Positions 1-13,504 of a stretch of 64,000 nucleotides of DNA are shown here, piece by piece. The DNA lies in the NCBI GenBank assembly GCA_964016885.1, contig OZ024740.1, positions 231,136,001 to 231,200,000 on the forward strand, written 5' to 3'. Made by a program: the position numbers and the translations under genes. Below the pieces are notes generated by a model. That model ran no database searches. It was not told the origin of the DNA and saw only the letters and a list, made by a program, of their open reading frames with translations. This DNA is from Eledone cirrhosa (taxonomy: Eukaryota). The first letter of the stretch is position 1, and the number at the start of each line of letters is the position of its first letter.

Positions 1-3000
1 GAGATGTCTCTAGGGCTACTATTACAAACCTACTATAATGGAGGATGTCTCTAGGACTACTATTACAACCCTACTATAATAGGGGATGTCTCTAGGACTA
101 CTATTACAACCCTACTATAATGGGGGATGTCTCTAGAACTACTATTACAACCCTACTATAATGGGGTATGTCTCTAGGACTACTATTACAACACTACTAT
201 AATGGGGGATGTCTCTAGGACTACTATTACAACCCTACTATAATAGGAGATGTCTCTAGGACTACTATTACAACCCTACTATAATGGGGTATGTCTCTAG
301 GGCTACTATTATAACCCTACTATAATGAGGTATGTCTCTAGGGCTACTATTACAGCCCTACTATAAAGGGGTATGTCTCTAGGACTACTATTACAACCCT
401 ACTATAATAGGGGATGTCTCTAGGACTATTATTACTACCCTACTATAATGGGGGATGTCTCTAGGACTACTATTACAACCCTACTATAATGGGAGATGTC
501 TCTAGGACTACTATTACAACCCTACTATAATAGGGGATGTCTCTAGGACTATTATTACAACCCTACTATAATGGGGTATGTCTCTAGGGTTACTATTACA
601 ACCCTACTATAATGGGGTACGTTTCTAGGGCTACTATTACAGCCCTACTATAATGGGGTATGTCTCTAGGACTACTATTACAACCCTACTATAATGGGGT
701 AAGTCTCTAGGACTACTATGACAACCCTACTATAATGGGCGATGTCTCTAGGACTATTATTACAACCCTACTATAATGGGGGATGTCTCTAGGACTACTA
801 TTACAACCCTACTATAATGGGGGATATCTCTAGGACTACTATTACAACCCTACTATAATATGGGATGTCTCTAGGACTACTATTACAACCCTACTATAAT
901 GGGAAATGTCTCTAGGACTACTATTACAACCCTACTATAATGGGGGATATCTCTAGGACTACTATTACAACCCTACTATAATAGGGGATGTCTCTAGGAC
1001 TACTATTACAACCCTACTATAATGGAGGATGTCTCTAGGACTACTATTACAACCCTACTATAATGGAGGATGTCTCTAGGATTACTATACAACCCTACTA
1101 TAATGGGGTATGTCTCTAGGGCTACTATTACAACCCTACTATAATGGGAGATGTCTCTAAGACTACTATTACAACCCTACTATAATGGGAGATGTCTCTA
1201 GGACTACTATTACAACCCTACTATAATGGGAGATGTCTCTAGGACTACTATTACAACCCTACTATAATAGGGGATGTCTCTAGGACTACTATTACAACCC
1301 TACTATAATGGGGTATGTCTCTAGGACTACTATTACAACCCTACTATAATGGGGGATGTCTCTAGGACTACTATTACAACCCTACTATAATGGGAGATGT
1401 CTCTAGGGCTACTATTACAAACCTACTATAATGGAGGATGTCTCTAGGACTACTATTACAACCCTACTATAATAGGGGATGTCTCTAGGACTACTATTAC
1501 AACCCTACTATAATGGGGGATGTCTCTAGAACTACTATTACAACCCTACTATAATGGGGTATGTCTCTAGGACTACTATTACAACACTACTATAATGGGG
1601 GATGTCTCTAGGACTACTATTACAACCCTACTATAATAGGAGATGTCTCTAGGACTACTATTACAACCCTACTATAATGGGGTATGTCTCTAGGGCTACT
1701 ATTATAACCCTACTATAATGAGGTATGTCTCTAGGGCTACTATTACAGCCCTACTATAATGGGGTATGTCTCTAGGACTACTATTACAACCCTACTATAA
1801 TAGGGGATGTCTCTAGGACTATTATTACTACCCTACTATAATGGGGGATGTCTCTAGGACTACTATTACAACCCTACTATAATGGGAGATGTCTCTAGGA
1901 CTACTATTACAACCCTACTATAATAGGGGATGTCTCTAGGACTATTATTACAACCCTACTATAATGGGGTATGTCTCTAGGGTTACTATTACAACCCTAC
2001 TATAATGGGGTACGTTTCTAGGGCTACTATTACAGCCCTACTATAATGGGGTATGTCTCTAGGACTACTATTACAACCCTACTATAATGGGGTAAGTCTT
2101 TAGGACTACTATGACAACCCTACTATAATGGGCGATGTCTCTAGGACTATTATTACAACCCTACTATAATGGGTGATGTCTCAAGGACTACTATTACAAC
2201 CCTACTATAATGGGGGATGTCTCTAGGGCTACTATTACAACCCTACTATAATAGGGGATGTCTCTAGGACTACTATTACAACCCTACTATAATGGGGGAT
2301 GTCTCTAGGACTACTATTACAACCCTACTATAATGGGGGATATCTCTAGGACTACTATTACAACACTACTATAATAGGGGATGTCTCTAGGACTACTATT
2401 ACAACACTACTATAATGGGGGATGTCTCTAGGACTACTATTACAACCCTACTATAATAGGGGATGTCTCTAGGACTACTATTACAACACTACTATAATGG
2501 GAGATGTCTCTAGGACTACTATTACAACCCTACTATAATAGGGGATGTCTCTAGAACTACTATTACAACCCTACTATAATGGGAGATGTCTCTAGGACTA
2601 CTATTACAACCCTACTATAATGGAGGATGTCTCTAGGACTACTATTACAACCCTACTATAATGGGGTATGTCTCTAGGGCTACTATTACAACCCTACTAT
2701 AATGGGAGATGTCTCTAGGACTACTATTACAACCCTACTATAATGGGGATATCTCTAGGACTACTATTACAACCCTACTATAATAGGGGATGTCTCTAGG
2801 ACTACTATTACAACCCTACTATAATGGGAGATGTCTCTAGGACTACTATTACAACCCTACTATAATGGAGGATGTCTCTAGGACTACTATTACAACCCTA
2901 CTATAATGGGGTATGTCTCTAGGGCTACTATTACAACCCTACTATAATGGGAGATGTCTCTAAGACTACTATTACAACCCTACTATAATGGGAGATGTCC

Positions 3001-6000
3001 CTAGGACTACTATTACAACCCTACTATAATGGGGTATGTCTCTAGGACTACTATTACAACCGTACTATAATGGAGGATATCTCTAGGAATACTGTTACAA
3101 CCCTACTATAATAGGGGATGTCTCTAGGACTACTATTACAACCCTACTATAATGGGAGATGTCTCTAGGACTACTATTACAACAATTCTATAATAGGGGA
3201 TGTCTCTAGGACTACTATTACAACCCTACTATAATGGAGGATATATCTAGGACTACTGTTACAACCCTACTATAATAGGGGATGTCTCTAGGACTACTAT
3301 TACAACCCTACTATAATGGGAAATGTCTCTAGGACTACTATTACAACACTACTATAATAGGGGATGTCTCTAGGACTACTATTACAACCCTACTATAATG
3401 GGAGATGTCTCTAGGACTACTATTACAACCCTACTATAATGGGGTATGTCTCTAGGACTACTATTACAACCCTACTATAATGGGAGATGTCTCTAGGACT
3501 ACTATTACAACCCTACTGTAGTAGGGGATGTCTCTAGGACTACTATTACAACCTTACTATAATGGGAGATGTCTCTAGCACTACTATTACAACCCTACTA
3601 TAATGGGAGATGTCTCTAGGACTACTATTAGAACCCTACTATAATAGGGGATGTCTCTAGGACTACTATTACAACCCTACTATAATAGGGGATGTCTCTA
3701 GGACTACTATTACAACCCTACTATAATGGGAGATGTCTCTAGGACTACTATTACAACCCTACTATAATAGGGGATGACTCTAGGACTACTATTACAACCC
3801 TACTATAATAGGGGATGTCTCTAGGACTACTATTACAACCCTACTATAATGGGAGCTGTCTCTAGGACTACTATTACAACCCTACTATAATGGGAGATGT
3901 CTCTAGGACTACTATTACAACCCTACTATAATAGGAGATGTCTCTAGGACTACTATTACAACCCTACTATAATGGAAGATGTCTCTAGGACTACTATTAC
4001 AACACTACTATAATGGGAGATGTCTCTAGGACTACTATTACAACCCTACTATAATAGAGGATGTCTCTAGGACTACTATTACAACCCTACTATAATAGGG
4101 GATGTCTCTAGGACTACTATTACAACCCTACTATAATGGGAGATGTCTCTAGGACTACTATTACAACCCTACTATAATAGGGGATGTCTCTAGGGCTACT
4201 ATTACAACCCTACTATAATGGGGGATATCTCTAGGACTACTGTTACAACCCTACTATAATAGGGGATGTCTCTAGGACTACTATTACAACCCTACTATAA
4301 TAGGGGATATCTCTAGGACTACTATTACAACACTACTATAATAGGAGATGTCTCTAGGACTACTATTACAACCCTACTATAATGGGAGATGTCTCTAGGA
4401 CTACTATTACAACCCTACTATAATGGAGGATGTCTCTAGGACTACTATTACAACCCTACTATAATAGGGGATGTCTCTAGGACTACTATTACAACCCTAC
4501 TATAATGGGAGATGTCGCTAGGACTACTATTACAACCCTACTATAATGGGAGATGTCTCTAGGACTACTATTACAACCCTACTATAATAGGGGATGTCTC
4601 TAGGACTACTATTACAACCCTACTATAATAGGGGATGTCTCTAGGACTACTATTACAACCCTACTATAATGGGAGATCTCTCTAGGACTACTATTACAAC
4701 ACTACTATAATGGGAGATGTCTCTAGGACTACTATTACAACCCTACTATAATAGGGGATGTCTCTAGGACTACTATTACAACCCTACTATAATAGGGGAT
4801 GTCTCTAGGACTACTATTACAACCCTACTATAATGGAGGATGTCTCTAGGACTACTATTACAACCCTACTATAATGGAGGATGTCTCTAGGACTACTATT
4901 ACAACCCTACTATAATGGAGTATGTCTCTAGGGCTACTATTACAACCCTACTATAATGGGGGATGTCTCTAGGACTACTATTACAACCCTACTATAATGG
5001 GGGATATCTCTTGGACTACTATTACAACCCTACTATAATAGGGTATGTCTCTAGGACTACTATTACAACCCTACTATAATGGGAGATGTCTCTAGGACTA
5101 CTATTACAACCCTACTATAATGGGGTATGTCTCTAGGGCTACTATTACAACCCTACTATAATAGGGGATGTCTCTAGGACTACTATTACAACCCTACTAT
5201 AATAGGGGATGTCTCTAAGACTACCATTACAACACTACTATAATAGGGGATTCTCTAGGACTACTATTACAACCCTACTATAATAGGGGATGTCTCTAAG
5301 ACTACTATTACAACACTACTATAATAGGGGATGTCTCTAGGACTACTATTACAACCCTACTATAATGGAGTATGTCTCTAGGACTACTATTACAACCTTA
5401 CTATAATGGGAGATGTCTCTAGGACTACTATTACAACCCTACTATAATGGAGGATGTCTCTAGGACTACTATTACAACCCTACTATAATGGGTATGTCTC
5501 TAGGACTACTATTACAACCCTACTATAATGGGGGATGTCTCTAGGACTACTATTACATCTCTACTATAATGGGGGATGTCTCTAGGGCTACTATTACAAC
5601 CCTACTATAATAGGGGATGTCTCTAGGACTACTATTACAACCCTACTATAATAGGAGATGTCTCTAGGATTACTGTTACAACCCTACTATAATGGAGTAT
5701 GTCTCTAGGACTACTATTACAACCCTACTATAATGGGTATGTCTCTAGGACTACTATTACAACCCTACTATAATGGGTATGTCTCTAGGACTACTATTAC
5801 AACCCTACTATAATGGGGGATGTCTCTAGGATTACTATTACAACTCTACTATAATGGGGGATGTCTCTAGGACTACTATTATAATGGGAGATGTCTCTAA
5901 GACTACTATTACAACTCTACTATAATGGAGGATGTCTCTAGGACTACTATTACAACCCTACTATAATAGGGTATGTCTCTAGGACTACTATTACAACCCT

Positions 6001-6389
6001 ACTATAATAGGGGATATCTCTAGGATTACTATTACAACCCTACTATAATGGGGGATGTCTCTAGGACTACTATTACAACCCTACTATAATGGGGGATGTC
6101 TCTAGGATTACTATTACAACCCTACTATAATGGGGATGTCTCTAGGACTACTATTACAACCCTACTATAATGGGGGATGTCTCTAGGACTACTATTACAA
6201 CTCTACTATAATGGGGGATGTCTCTAGGGCTACTATTATAATGGGAGATGTCTCTAAGACTACTATTACAACTCTACTATAATGGAGGATGTCTCTAGGA
6301 CTACTATTACAACCCTACTATAATGGGAGATGTCTCTAGGACTACTATTACAACTCTACTATAATGGAGGATGTCTCTAGGACTATTAT
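1..6389. repeat. 41-bp tandem satellite/minisatellite, about 155 copies, open at window start
   Basis: Consensus GATGTCTCTAGGACTACTATTACAACCCTACTATAATGGGG recurs at 3, 44, 85 (period 41). Variation is concentrated in the G-rich block. No ORF is reported inside the array. Confidence 0.98.
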
Positions 6390-6414
6390 CAAAACCAGTT
6401 GTTCTATGAATATA

Positions 6415-6805
6415 ATTGTTTTACTTTTGGCACAAGGTCAGCAATTATCCCAGTGCATTACTGGTAATTTATTTTATCGACCCCGTAAGGATGAAAGTCA
6501 AAGTTATTCTCGGCGGGATTTGAACTCAGACCACAAAGGGCCACAACTTTATTCTGTAAAGCATGGCTTTCAGCTGTCTACCGATACTGCCAATCCACTA
6601 CCTGCTATGAATATAGTTGTTTTTACTTTTTGACACAAGGCCAGCAATTACCCAGTGCATTACTGGTACTTTATTTTATCGACCCCGTAAGGATGAAAGG
6701 CAAAGTCAACCTCGGCGGGATTTGAACTCAGATCGTAAAGGGATGTAACTATGCTGGAAAGCATGGCGTCCGACCCTTTACCGATACTGCCAATCCACTG
6801 CCCTG
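6415..6805 (-). mobile_element. Two head-to-tail tRNA-derived SINEs (family S1)
   Basis: Reverse complement has box B GAGTTCAAATCC and body CTTTGCCTTTCATCCTTACGGGGTCGATAAAATAAAGTACCAGT. The same family recurs many times in the window. Confidence 0.88.
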
Positions 6806-7229
6806 CTATGAATATAAAGATAATTGATTGGGTTTATTAGTAAATAATTATTATTCAAATTCCTTGCATCACCATTAATAACATGGTTATTTTACCATAT
6901 TATTACTACTCTACCCATCTCATGCTGTACAGTGGGACACCCATCAATAGGTTGTACAATAGGACACAAAAAGAATTTTAATAACCGTATTATTAATGGT
7001 GATGCTAGGAATTTTAATAGTAATTATTATACTAATACTCACCATCAATTATCATTACATCCACAGCACAACTGGTTTTGGTAATAGTCCCAGAAACATC
7101 GCCCTTAACAGTAGGGTTGTAATAACAACGATATTGTTAATCCTTCCTTTCATAGCAGCAATGATGTTGATAATAGTCCCACAAACATAGCCAATAACAG
7201 TAGGGTTGTAATAACAACCATATTAACTA

Positions 7230-7790
7230 TGAGAAAACTTACTGTCTGTATAATATTTGGGAAGGTTAGCTTTTTAAACATTATCTAATGTGGATGTAAT
7301 CCATCTTTATCCTAGAAATGTAGCCAAGTTCCTTGGCCTGTCTGGATAATTTATACTTCTATTTGTATTATCTATCATATTTACTGATGGGCGGTGACAA
7401 TACGTCTGACATGGTCTTATAAATCAAGGATATGAAAAGATGATGTGGGAGGGGGGGGGGCACTAGATAAGGGACAATGTGCTAGCTAATAAAATAATAA
7501 ATAGTCCTAAAGTTATAAAAAATATAATTAACTTTGTTACATGTTTATGGGAAAATGTCTTCCTTACAATGAACCCTAACTGGCAAATCGAATACAGATC
7601 TAGAACTGCTAAATAAATGGACTTCTTACTTAATTGACTTCTGCCTTATCAGACAGGATGACACCCTCACATATAAACCCCCACTACCTGTTTATACTGA
7701 AATTATTCCATGGTCTCCTTGAAAGCGCCAAAATACACAAGATTTTATGCATAGAAACAATTGTAAAGGATTCCAATAAATTTCTGTTTA
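7230..7790 (+). pseudogene. Possible highly decayed C-terminus of a non-LTR retrotransposon (RLE-type)
   Basis: Frameshifted remnants resemble a C-x2-C...GC knuckle and an R(P)DMVL..K motif; AATAAA near 7776. Very degenerate. Confidence 0.25.
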
Positions 7791-7918
7791 TAAACTTTAT
7801 GTTTTGTTCTACATATATATATATAATGTATAAGGGAGGCACTGGTAACTAAATTGGTTGATTACCGATTAATTGGCTGCTGATTATTTATAATTTAATT
7901 ACATATTACAATTATGTC

Positions 7919-7998
7919 AGGTCACTCTTGAGTGCTACTGGTAACATGTAACCCAGTACAACCTGTCGCATGGTCAGGTCGTCAGCGACTAAACCGGC
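7919..7998 (+). ncRNA. Degenerate HDV-like ribozyme candidate, possibly the 5' end of an RTE/RTEX element (UTR-like sequence to about 8370)
   Basis: Ordered elements: P1 (A)GGTCAC/ATGGTC(A), P2 CCAGT/ACCGG, L3 ACCTGT, GG for P1.1, P4 TCG-TCAG-CGA, J4/2 CTAA. P1, P2 and P3 each carry mismatches. Confidence 0.45.
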
Positions 7999-8560
7999 AA
8001 ACCCACCAAGTTTACTTGGTGAGAAGGGTGATTTTGGACAAAAAACAAAACCTGATAAAGGGTAGAAGAACTCATAAGAGTCAATGGCCATCTAAAAAAA
8101 TCCTGCCAAATCAATGGGTGGCAGTAGTTCCAGTTGCACGCATCTAAAGACTGTCGTAGTGGTTCTGAGAAGAATGCGGCTTTGCAGATGATCAATGCAA
8201 ACTGACAATGGAAATGTGCTCCCGCTCGAGTTAGAAGAGAACTATTGACCTTCAGGAGAAGCAGCGACCCTTGATTGTATTCAGCGACCCTTGATTGTAT
8301 TCAGCAACCGAAACAAATATGAAGTACATCAAATCCAATGCTCCTAGGGGCAACACTGGTTCTTCTTATTTGTGAGTGTAAACTCGGCCAGATTAGATAG
8401 ATTATAATTATTTGTAAATAATGTATTATAATATTAATCATAATAATTAATCACAAATATGGAGCAACTATTTGAGAGTATAAGCCCTCATTTTTTTGAC
8501 ATAACTGAAATATTTATAATTTTTAAATTAATTCTTTTTTGAAAGAACATCATCATCTGA

Positions 8561-8595
<35 letters not shown>

Positions 8596-8705
8596 CTTTT
8601 CCTGGGTCCTGTATTTTCGTTGCTCTAGTGATGCGGCTGGACTGCCGACTTCTATATCTGATTTGCTAAGCTGTCTGAACGTAATGTTATTACTCTGGGG
8701 TCTTT

Positions 8706-8769
8706 CTAGCGTATATGCATAATCGGTCTGTAGCTTGGAAGCTACAGACCGATTATGCATATACGCTAG
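8706..8769. repeat. Perfect 31-bp-arm palindrome with 2-nt loop
   Basis: CTAGCGTATATGCATAATCGGTCTGTAGCTT-GG-AAGCTACAGACCGATTATGCATATACGCTAG. Confidence 0.97.
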
Positions 8770-8828
8770 CTTGGCCATATTCTAAAGCTTCGTCAATGCT
8801 GTACTAAAATTTATATATATATATATTC

Positions 8829-11800
8829 AGAGGTAGATCTGCTGAAATAGCGGAGATGCTGGAGAGAAGGCAGGTGGATGTGTGCTGCGTGCAAGAGGTG
8901 AGATGGAGAGGTGTCTCTGCGAGACTAGTCGTAGGCAAACGTCTTAGCTATAAGCTATTCTGGGTAGGTAAGGATGATGGGTTAGGGGGAGTAGGCATTT
9001 TCCTGGCTGAGAAATGGATCAATAAGACAATAGAAGTAGTTCGAGTTAGTAATCGAATAATTAAGCTTAGATTAGTTGTAGGCAGGAGACTACTGACAAT
9101 CATCTCGGCCTATGCTCCCCAAGCAGGCCTAGGCAAAGACTGCTTTTATGAGCAACTTTTACAAACAACCGCAATCACAGAGGACGGAGACATCGTTATG
9201 CTAGCAGGAGACTTCAATGGTCATGTTGGAAGCTCCAGGATGGTTACACTGGGGTACATGGTGGGCATGGTTATGGCTCAAGAAATGAAGAAGGAGTGAG
9301 ACTTCTTGAATTTTGTGATGCAGGTACATTGACTATTTGCAACACAAACTTCCAGAAACCTGCCAATCACCTAATAACCTACAAATCTGGTGAGCACATA
9401 AGCCAGATTGACTTCTTACTAGTTAGGCAGCGGGACAGGCAGATAGTGTCTAATACCAAGGCATACCCTGGGGAAGAATGTACCCCACAGCATAGGTTAG
9501 TTGTTAGTGATATCTCAGTAAGCAAGAGATGGAATGAGACATATAGGAAGGTGTGGAGAAGAAAGGTCTGGAAGCTAAAAGACATTTCACTAAAATACAA
9601 ATTTAGGAAAGCCCTTCAAGATGTATATGACGAAAAAGAAGACGATTTAGAGACGTATGACATAGATAATAACTGGAATTTCTTACGTGACAACTTGCTG
9701 CAGGCTAATGATGAAACTTGTGGCTAGAGCAGAGCTCCAACCAGACAGAGAGTGACCTGGTGGTGGAACAGCACAGTAGATAAGGCCATTAGAGACAAAA
9801 GACTAGCATGGAAGGCTTGGAAAAAGGGTGGGAGTAGGGAAGAATATACAGCCACTAAGAGAGAAGCTAGACGTCAGGTGTACTTAGCATGCAGGGAGGC
9901 GGAGAGTAGGAGGTTTGCCAATGTTCTGAGACGGGAAGATCAGAGGCGTGCGGTGTTCCACATTGCAAGGCAGTGTGTCAATGCAAATCAGGATGTTGTT
10001 GGAGATAAATGTGTCCGGGATGATGCTGGTGTACTTAGTGTCATGAATGATCAGAAAAAGGAGGCCTGGAAATGTCATTATGAGAGACTGATGAATGTGG
10101 AGAACGAATGGGAGAGAGAGAAATTACCCTTAGTAGATCCGACAGAGGGACCAGCTATTGAGATTGACGAATATAGGGTCCAAGAGGCGATTAGGGAAAT
10201 GAAAAATGGTAAGGCTGCTGGACTATCGGGAATAGTTGCTGAGATGCTGAAGGCATCAGGGGGCGTAGGCACTAAACTGGTTTCACGCATCATCAATCAG
10301 GCTATATATGGTGGTGTCATACCCAAAGACTGGTGCAGCAGTATTCTCATAAATTGCTTCAAAGGTAAAGGGGATGCTCTGGAGAGGAGCAATTATAGGG
10401 GTATAAAACTGATAGATCAGGTTATGAAAGTGGCAGAAAGGATATTAGCACAACTAATTAGAGAAAGGGTCAAACTAGATGAGATGCAGTTTGGTTTTGT
10501 GCCTGGGAAGAGTACAACAGATGCCCTCTTCTTGGTGAGACAATTGCAAGAGAGGTTCTTAGAGAAAAATAAGCCACTATACTTAGCCTTTGTTGACCTA
10601 GAGAAGGCCTTTGATAGGGTACCCCGATCTGTCATCTGGTGGTCCCTAAGGAAGCTAGGTGTTGAGGAATGGCTTGTGAGGACAGTGGAAACTTTGTACA
10701 GAGGTACTCTCAGTAAAGTCAGAGTAGGAATGGAATTTAGTGAGGAATTCCAGATACAAGTAGGAGTACATAAGGGTTCGTTCCTCAGCCCACTCTTGTT
10801 CATTATAGTCCTCCAAGCCATAACAGAGGAGTTTAAGACTGGCTGTCCATGGGAACTTCTCTCTGCTGACGATCTGGTTCTTATAGCAGAATCAGTAGAG
10901 GAGCTAGAGAATAAATTCTGGCTATGGAAACAGCAGTTGGAAGCAAGAGGACTGAGAGTGAACCTAGCTAAGACAAAAGTGTTGATGAATAGAAAAGAGG
11001 ACAAAACCCTGATTCTGTCAGGGAAATGGCCATGTTCGATATGCAGAAAAGGAACTGGCATAAATTCTATAAAATGCACATAATGCAGATCCTTAGTACA
11101 CAAGAGATTTAGCTTAGTTAGCAGGCAAACTAACAGTTAGGGAGAAATATGTATGCAGTAGATGTACAGGGAAATTAGACAGTAGAAGTTGCATTGATAG
11201 ACATATTTTTCAAATGCAGGAGGGCGCTATAGAAGTGGTGGATAGCTTCCGGTACCTAGGAGATCAGATTAGCATGGAAGGAGGGTGTTCCGAGGCCATG
11301 GTATCTAGAATAAGGATGGGTTGGAAGAAGTTTAGGGAGCTGCTTCCTCTGTTGACGAAGAAGGGTTTCTCCCTGCGTACGAAAGGCCGGTTGTATGATG
11401 CCTGTGTGAGGAGCGCGATGCTGCATGGTAGTGAGACATGGGCAGCAACTGCAAACGATATGCGATGACTGGAGAGAAATGAGGCAAGCATGCTCCGTTG
11501 GATATGCGGTGTAAATGTGCATGAACGACCCAGCATAAATGTGTTGAGAGGGAAACTGTCTGAGAGGGATAGAATGTAGTGTACGGGAGAGGAGACTGAG
11601 GTGGTATGGACATGTGATGCGCATGGAGGATGACCGATGAGTGAAGAAGTGCCAGGAAATGCCAGTTGAAGGAAGACGTGGTCGAGGTAGACCACGAAAA
11701 ACATGGGCGGAGGTGGTGAGAACAGACCTCAGATCATTGAAGCTCACGGTGGAGATGACGAAGGACCGTGTCGAGTGGAGAGATGCTGTGCTGAATAAGA

Positions 11801-11856
11801 CCCGTCCCACCCTTGCAAGCAGGGAAAAGCGGACGTAAAATGATGATGATGATGAT
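8829..11856 (+). mobile_element. RTE-clade LINE (family A), near-complete but inactivated ORF2: APE endonuclease + RT + PHD-like finger, (GAT)n tail
   Basis: ORF pieces 8856-9299, 9296-9727, 9752-11083, 11214-11468, 11641-11838 carry VQEVRW, SAYAPQ, GDFNGH, SQIDF, NYRGIKL, QFGF, DLEKAFD, SADD (for YADD), FRYLG, RGRPRKTW. Broken by stops and frameshifts. Confidence 0.96.
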
Positions 11857-11914
11857 ACACACACATATATATATATACATATATATACACATATATATAT
11901 ACATATATATATTT

Positions 11915-12330
11915 TCATCATCATCATTATCATACATCTGTTTTTCCCTGCTAGTAAAACTCAGAAAAGTCATCACAAGACTGTGTTGATACTCAACCAA
12001 TGTTACTGACCTCTCAGATGGGCTAAGGACCTGAATCTTGCATACACACGATCCTGAACTCTACCAAGTGCATTTTATCATGTCACCAGCATTAGGGAAG
12101 CCCTCATTTCTTTGACATAACTGAAGGGTACCCCAAATGCTTTGTTTGGCAAGCTGTTTACTGTTTATACCTGGATGGCCTTCTCATCATCAGCACTAGA
12201 GAAGTTGTCATGCCAATGACCTAACTGAAGGGTCCTCTTGACCCTTTTTGGCATGATTTCTATAGTTCTTCTTTTTACCAACAACCTTACAGGTTGTACT
12301 GGGTGTATTTTCGAGGTGTGTCCAAGATGA
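11915..12330 (-). mobile_element. Old degenerate RTE 3'-end/module fragments
   Basis: (CAT)n plus degenerate terminal sequence at 11915; reverse complement of 12250-12320 resembles the CACCCAG..CTGTAAA..GGTTGG..TAGAAA module. Confidence 0.45.
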
Positions 12331-12642
12331 TAGTGGACTACTTGTCTTGTCTGATGATGAAAATGAAAAGCATGGATGACTTACTACAAGAGACTGCTTA
12401 ACAAAGAGACTACATATATGTAATAACATTAATAAAAATGCTGATATTACATAAATCGTTTATTCATTATAATTATTTCAACAGTTCTCCCATGCAATCA
12501 AGATGTAATTCATGCATTTATTGTTGTTATGAGAACAGTATCCTCAGATAAAATTCGATGATATGCCACTGGCAGAAATAACACGTCCTTCTGCCTGGCA
12601 GACATATGAGTTCCTATATATAATAATAATAATAATGATAAT

Positions 12643-12895
12643 AATATGGGAGTTAAAAAGGATTTGGGACTGCCATGAAATCAAGGTCATCCTGATTGTC
12701 ATAGGAGCACTAGGTACTATCTCAAAGAGTTTTCAAGGATGGTTAAAGAATCCAGCCCCTTTTTTGGAACATTTCAAAAGGCATGGTTGCTGGGAACGAT
12801 ACGTCCTGAATATCTGAGGCTGTGGGTAGCGACTTGATGTTCATTTGAACAAACTTTCCAGTTAAATAACATCAATGACTTAGACTCCAAGAATA
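12643..12895 (+). mobile_element. Dong/R4-like (RLE) non-LTR retrotransposon 3' fragment next to (TAA)n
   Basis: Translates WELKRIW..IKVILIVIGALGTISK..., then after a frameshift QKAWLLGT..YVLNI*, typical of R4/Dong C-termini. Preceded by (TAA)n, the known Dong target. Confidence 0.72.
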
Positions 12896-13077
12896 ATTGT
12901 TTCTACATTTGGCACAAGGCCAGCAATTATCCCAGTGCATTACTGGTACTTCATCTTATCGACCCCGTAAGGATGAAGGGTAAAGTTAACCTCGGCGGGA
13001 TTTGAACTCAGACTGGAAAGGGACATAACTCTTTGCTGGAAAGCATGGTGTCTGACACTCTACCAATACTGCCAATG
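12896..13077 (-). mobile_element. tRNA-SINE family S1
   Basis: Same box B and body as 6415-6805. Confidence 0.88.
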
Positions 13078-13504
13078 AAGTATCAATATGACATCAATAT
13101 ATTCATTCACATGTGATATGTGTTTCGCAATCAATTAGCTCAAGGTATGATCGGTAATGATTGGAATCAATAACTCATCAGACTTATGGATTTGAGAATA
13201 TATGTTCATTGGACTTTCACAAACATGGAAGCATTTGCTTGTGACATATCAACTCATTCACATAATTGTGTTAACATCTGATGATGTCACACCAGTGCCA
13301 GTTGCTTTAGTAATGATTACATAACTCCACATTAGTGTCACTGAAATATGTATAATCCAATAAATATGAATATATAACATCTGTTTTGATGTTTATTTCA
13401 TATGTCATAACTCCGTTACATTTGGTCGGTTGTTACCTTTATGCTGGAGAGATACAATTGACATGGAGAGCTCTTACCTGTTTACACCTTTTTATCAACT
13501 ATAT

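Noticed and set aside
1-6389. CRISPR-like array
   Set aside because: Units are contiguous with only a few variable bases, no unique spacers and no cas genes; eukaryotic context.
10417-11103. 228-aa antisense ORF (and similar ones over other LINE copies)
   Set aside because: Shadow frames of RT coding sequence with no independent motifs.
12292-12378. Apparent terminal exon (acceptor, VVLGVFSRCVQDD..HG*, AATAAA)
   Set aside because: The acceptor and first codons are the reverse complement of the degenerate RTE module seen throughout the window; no upstream exon was found.
12350-13300. CTGATGA hits at about 12351 and 13278
   Set aside because: No stem II followed by GAAA and no stem I pairing.
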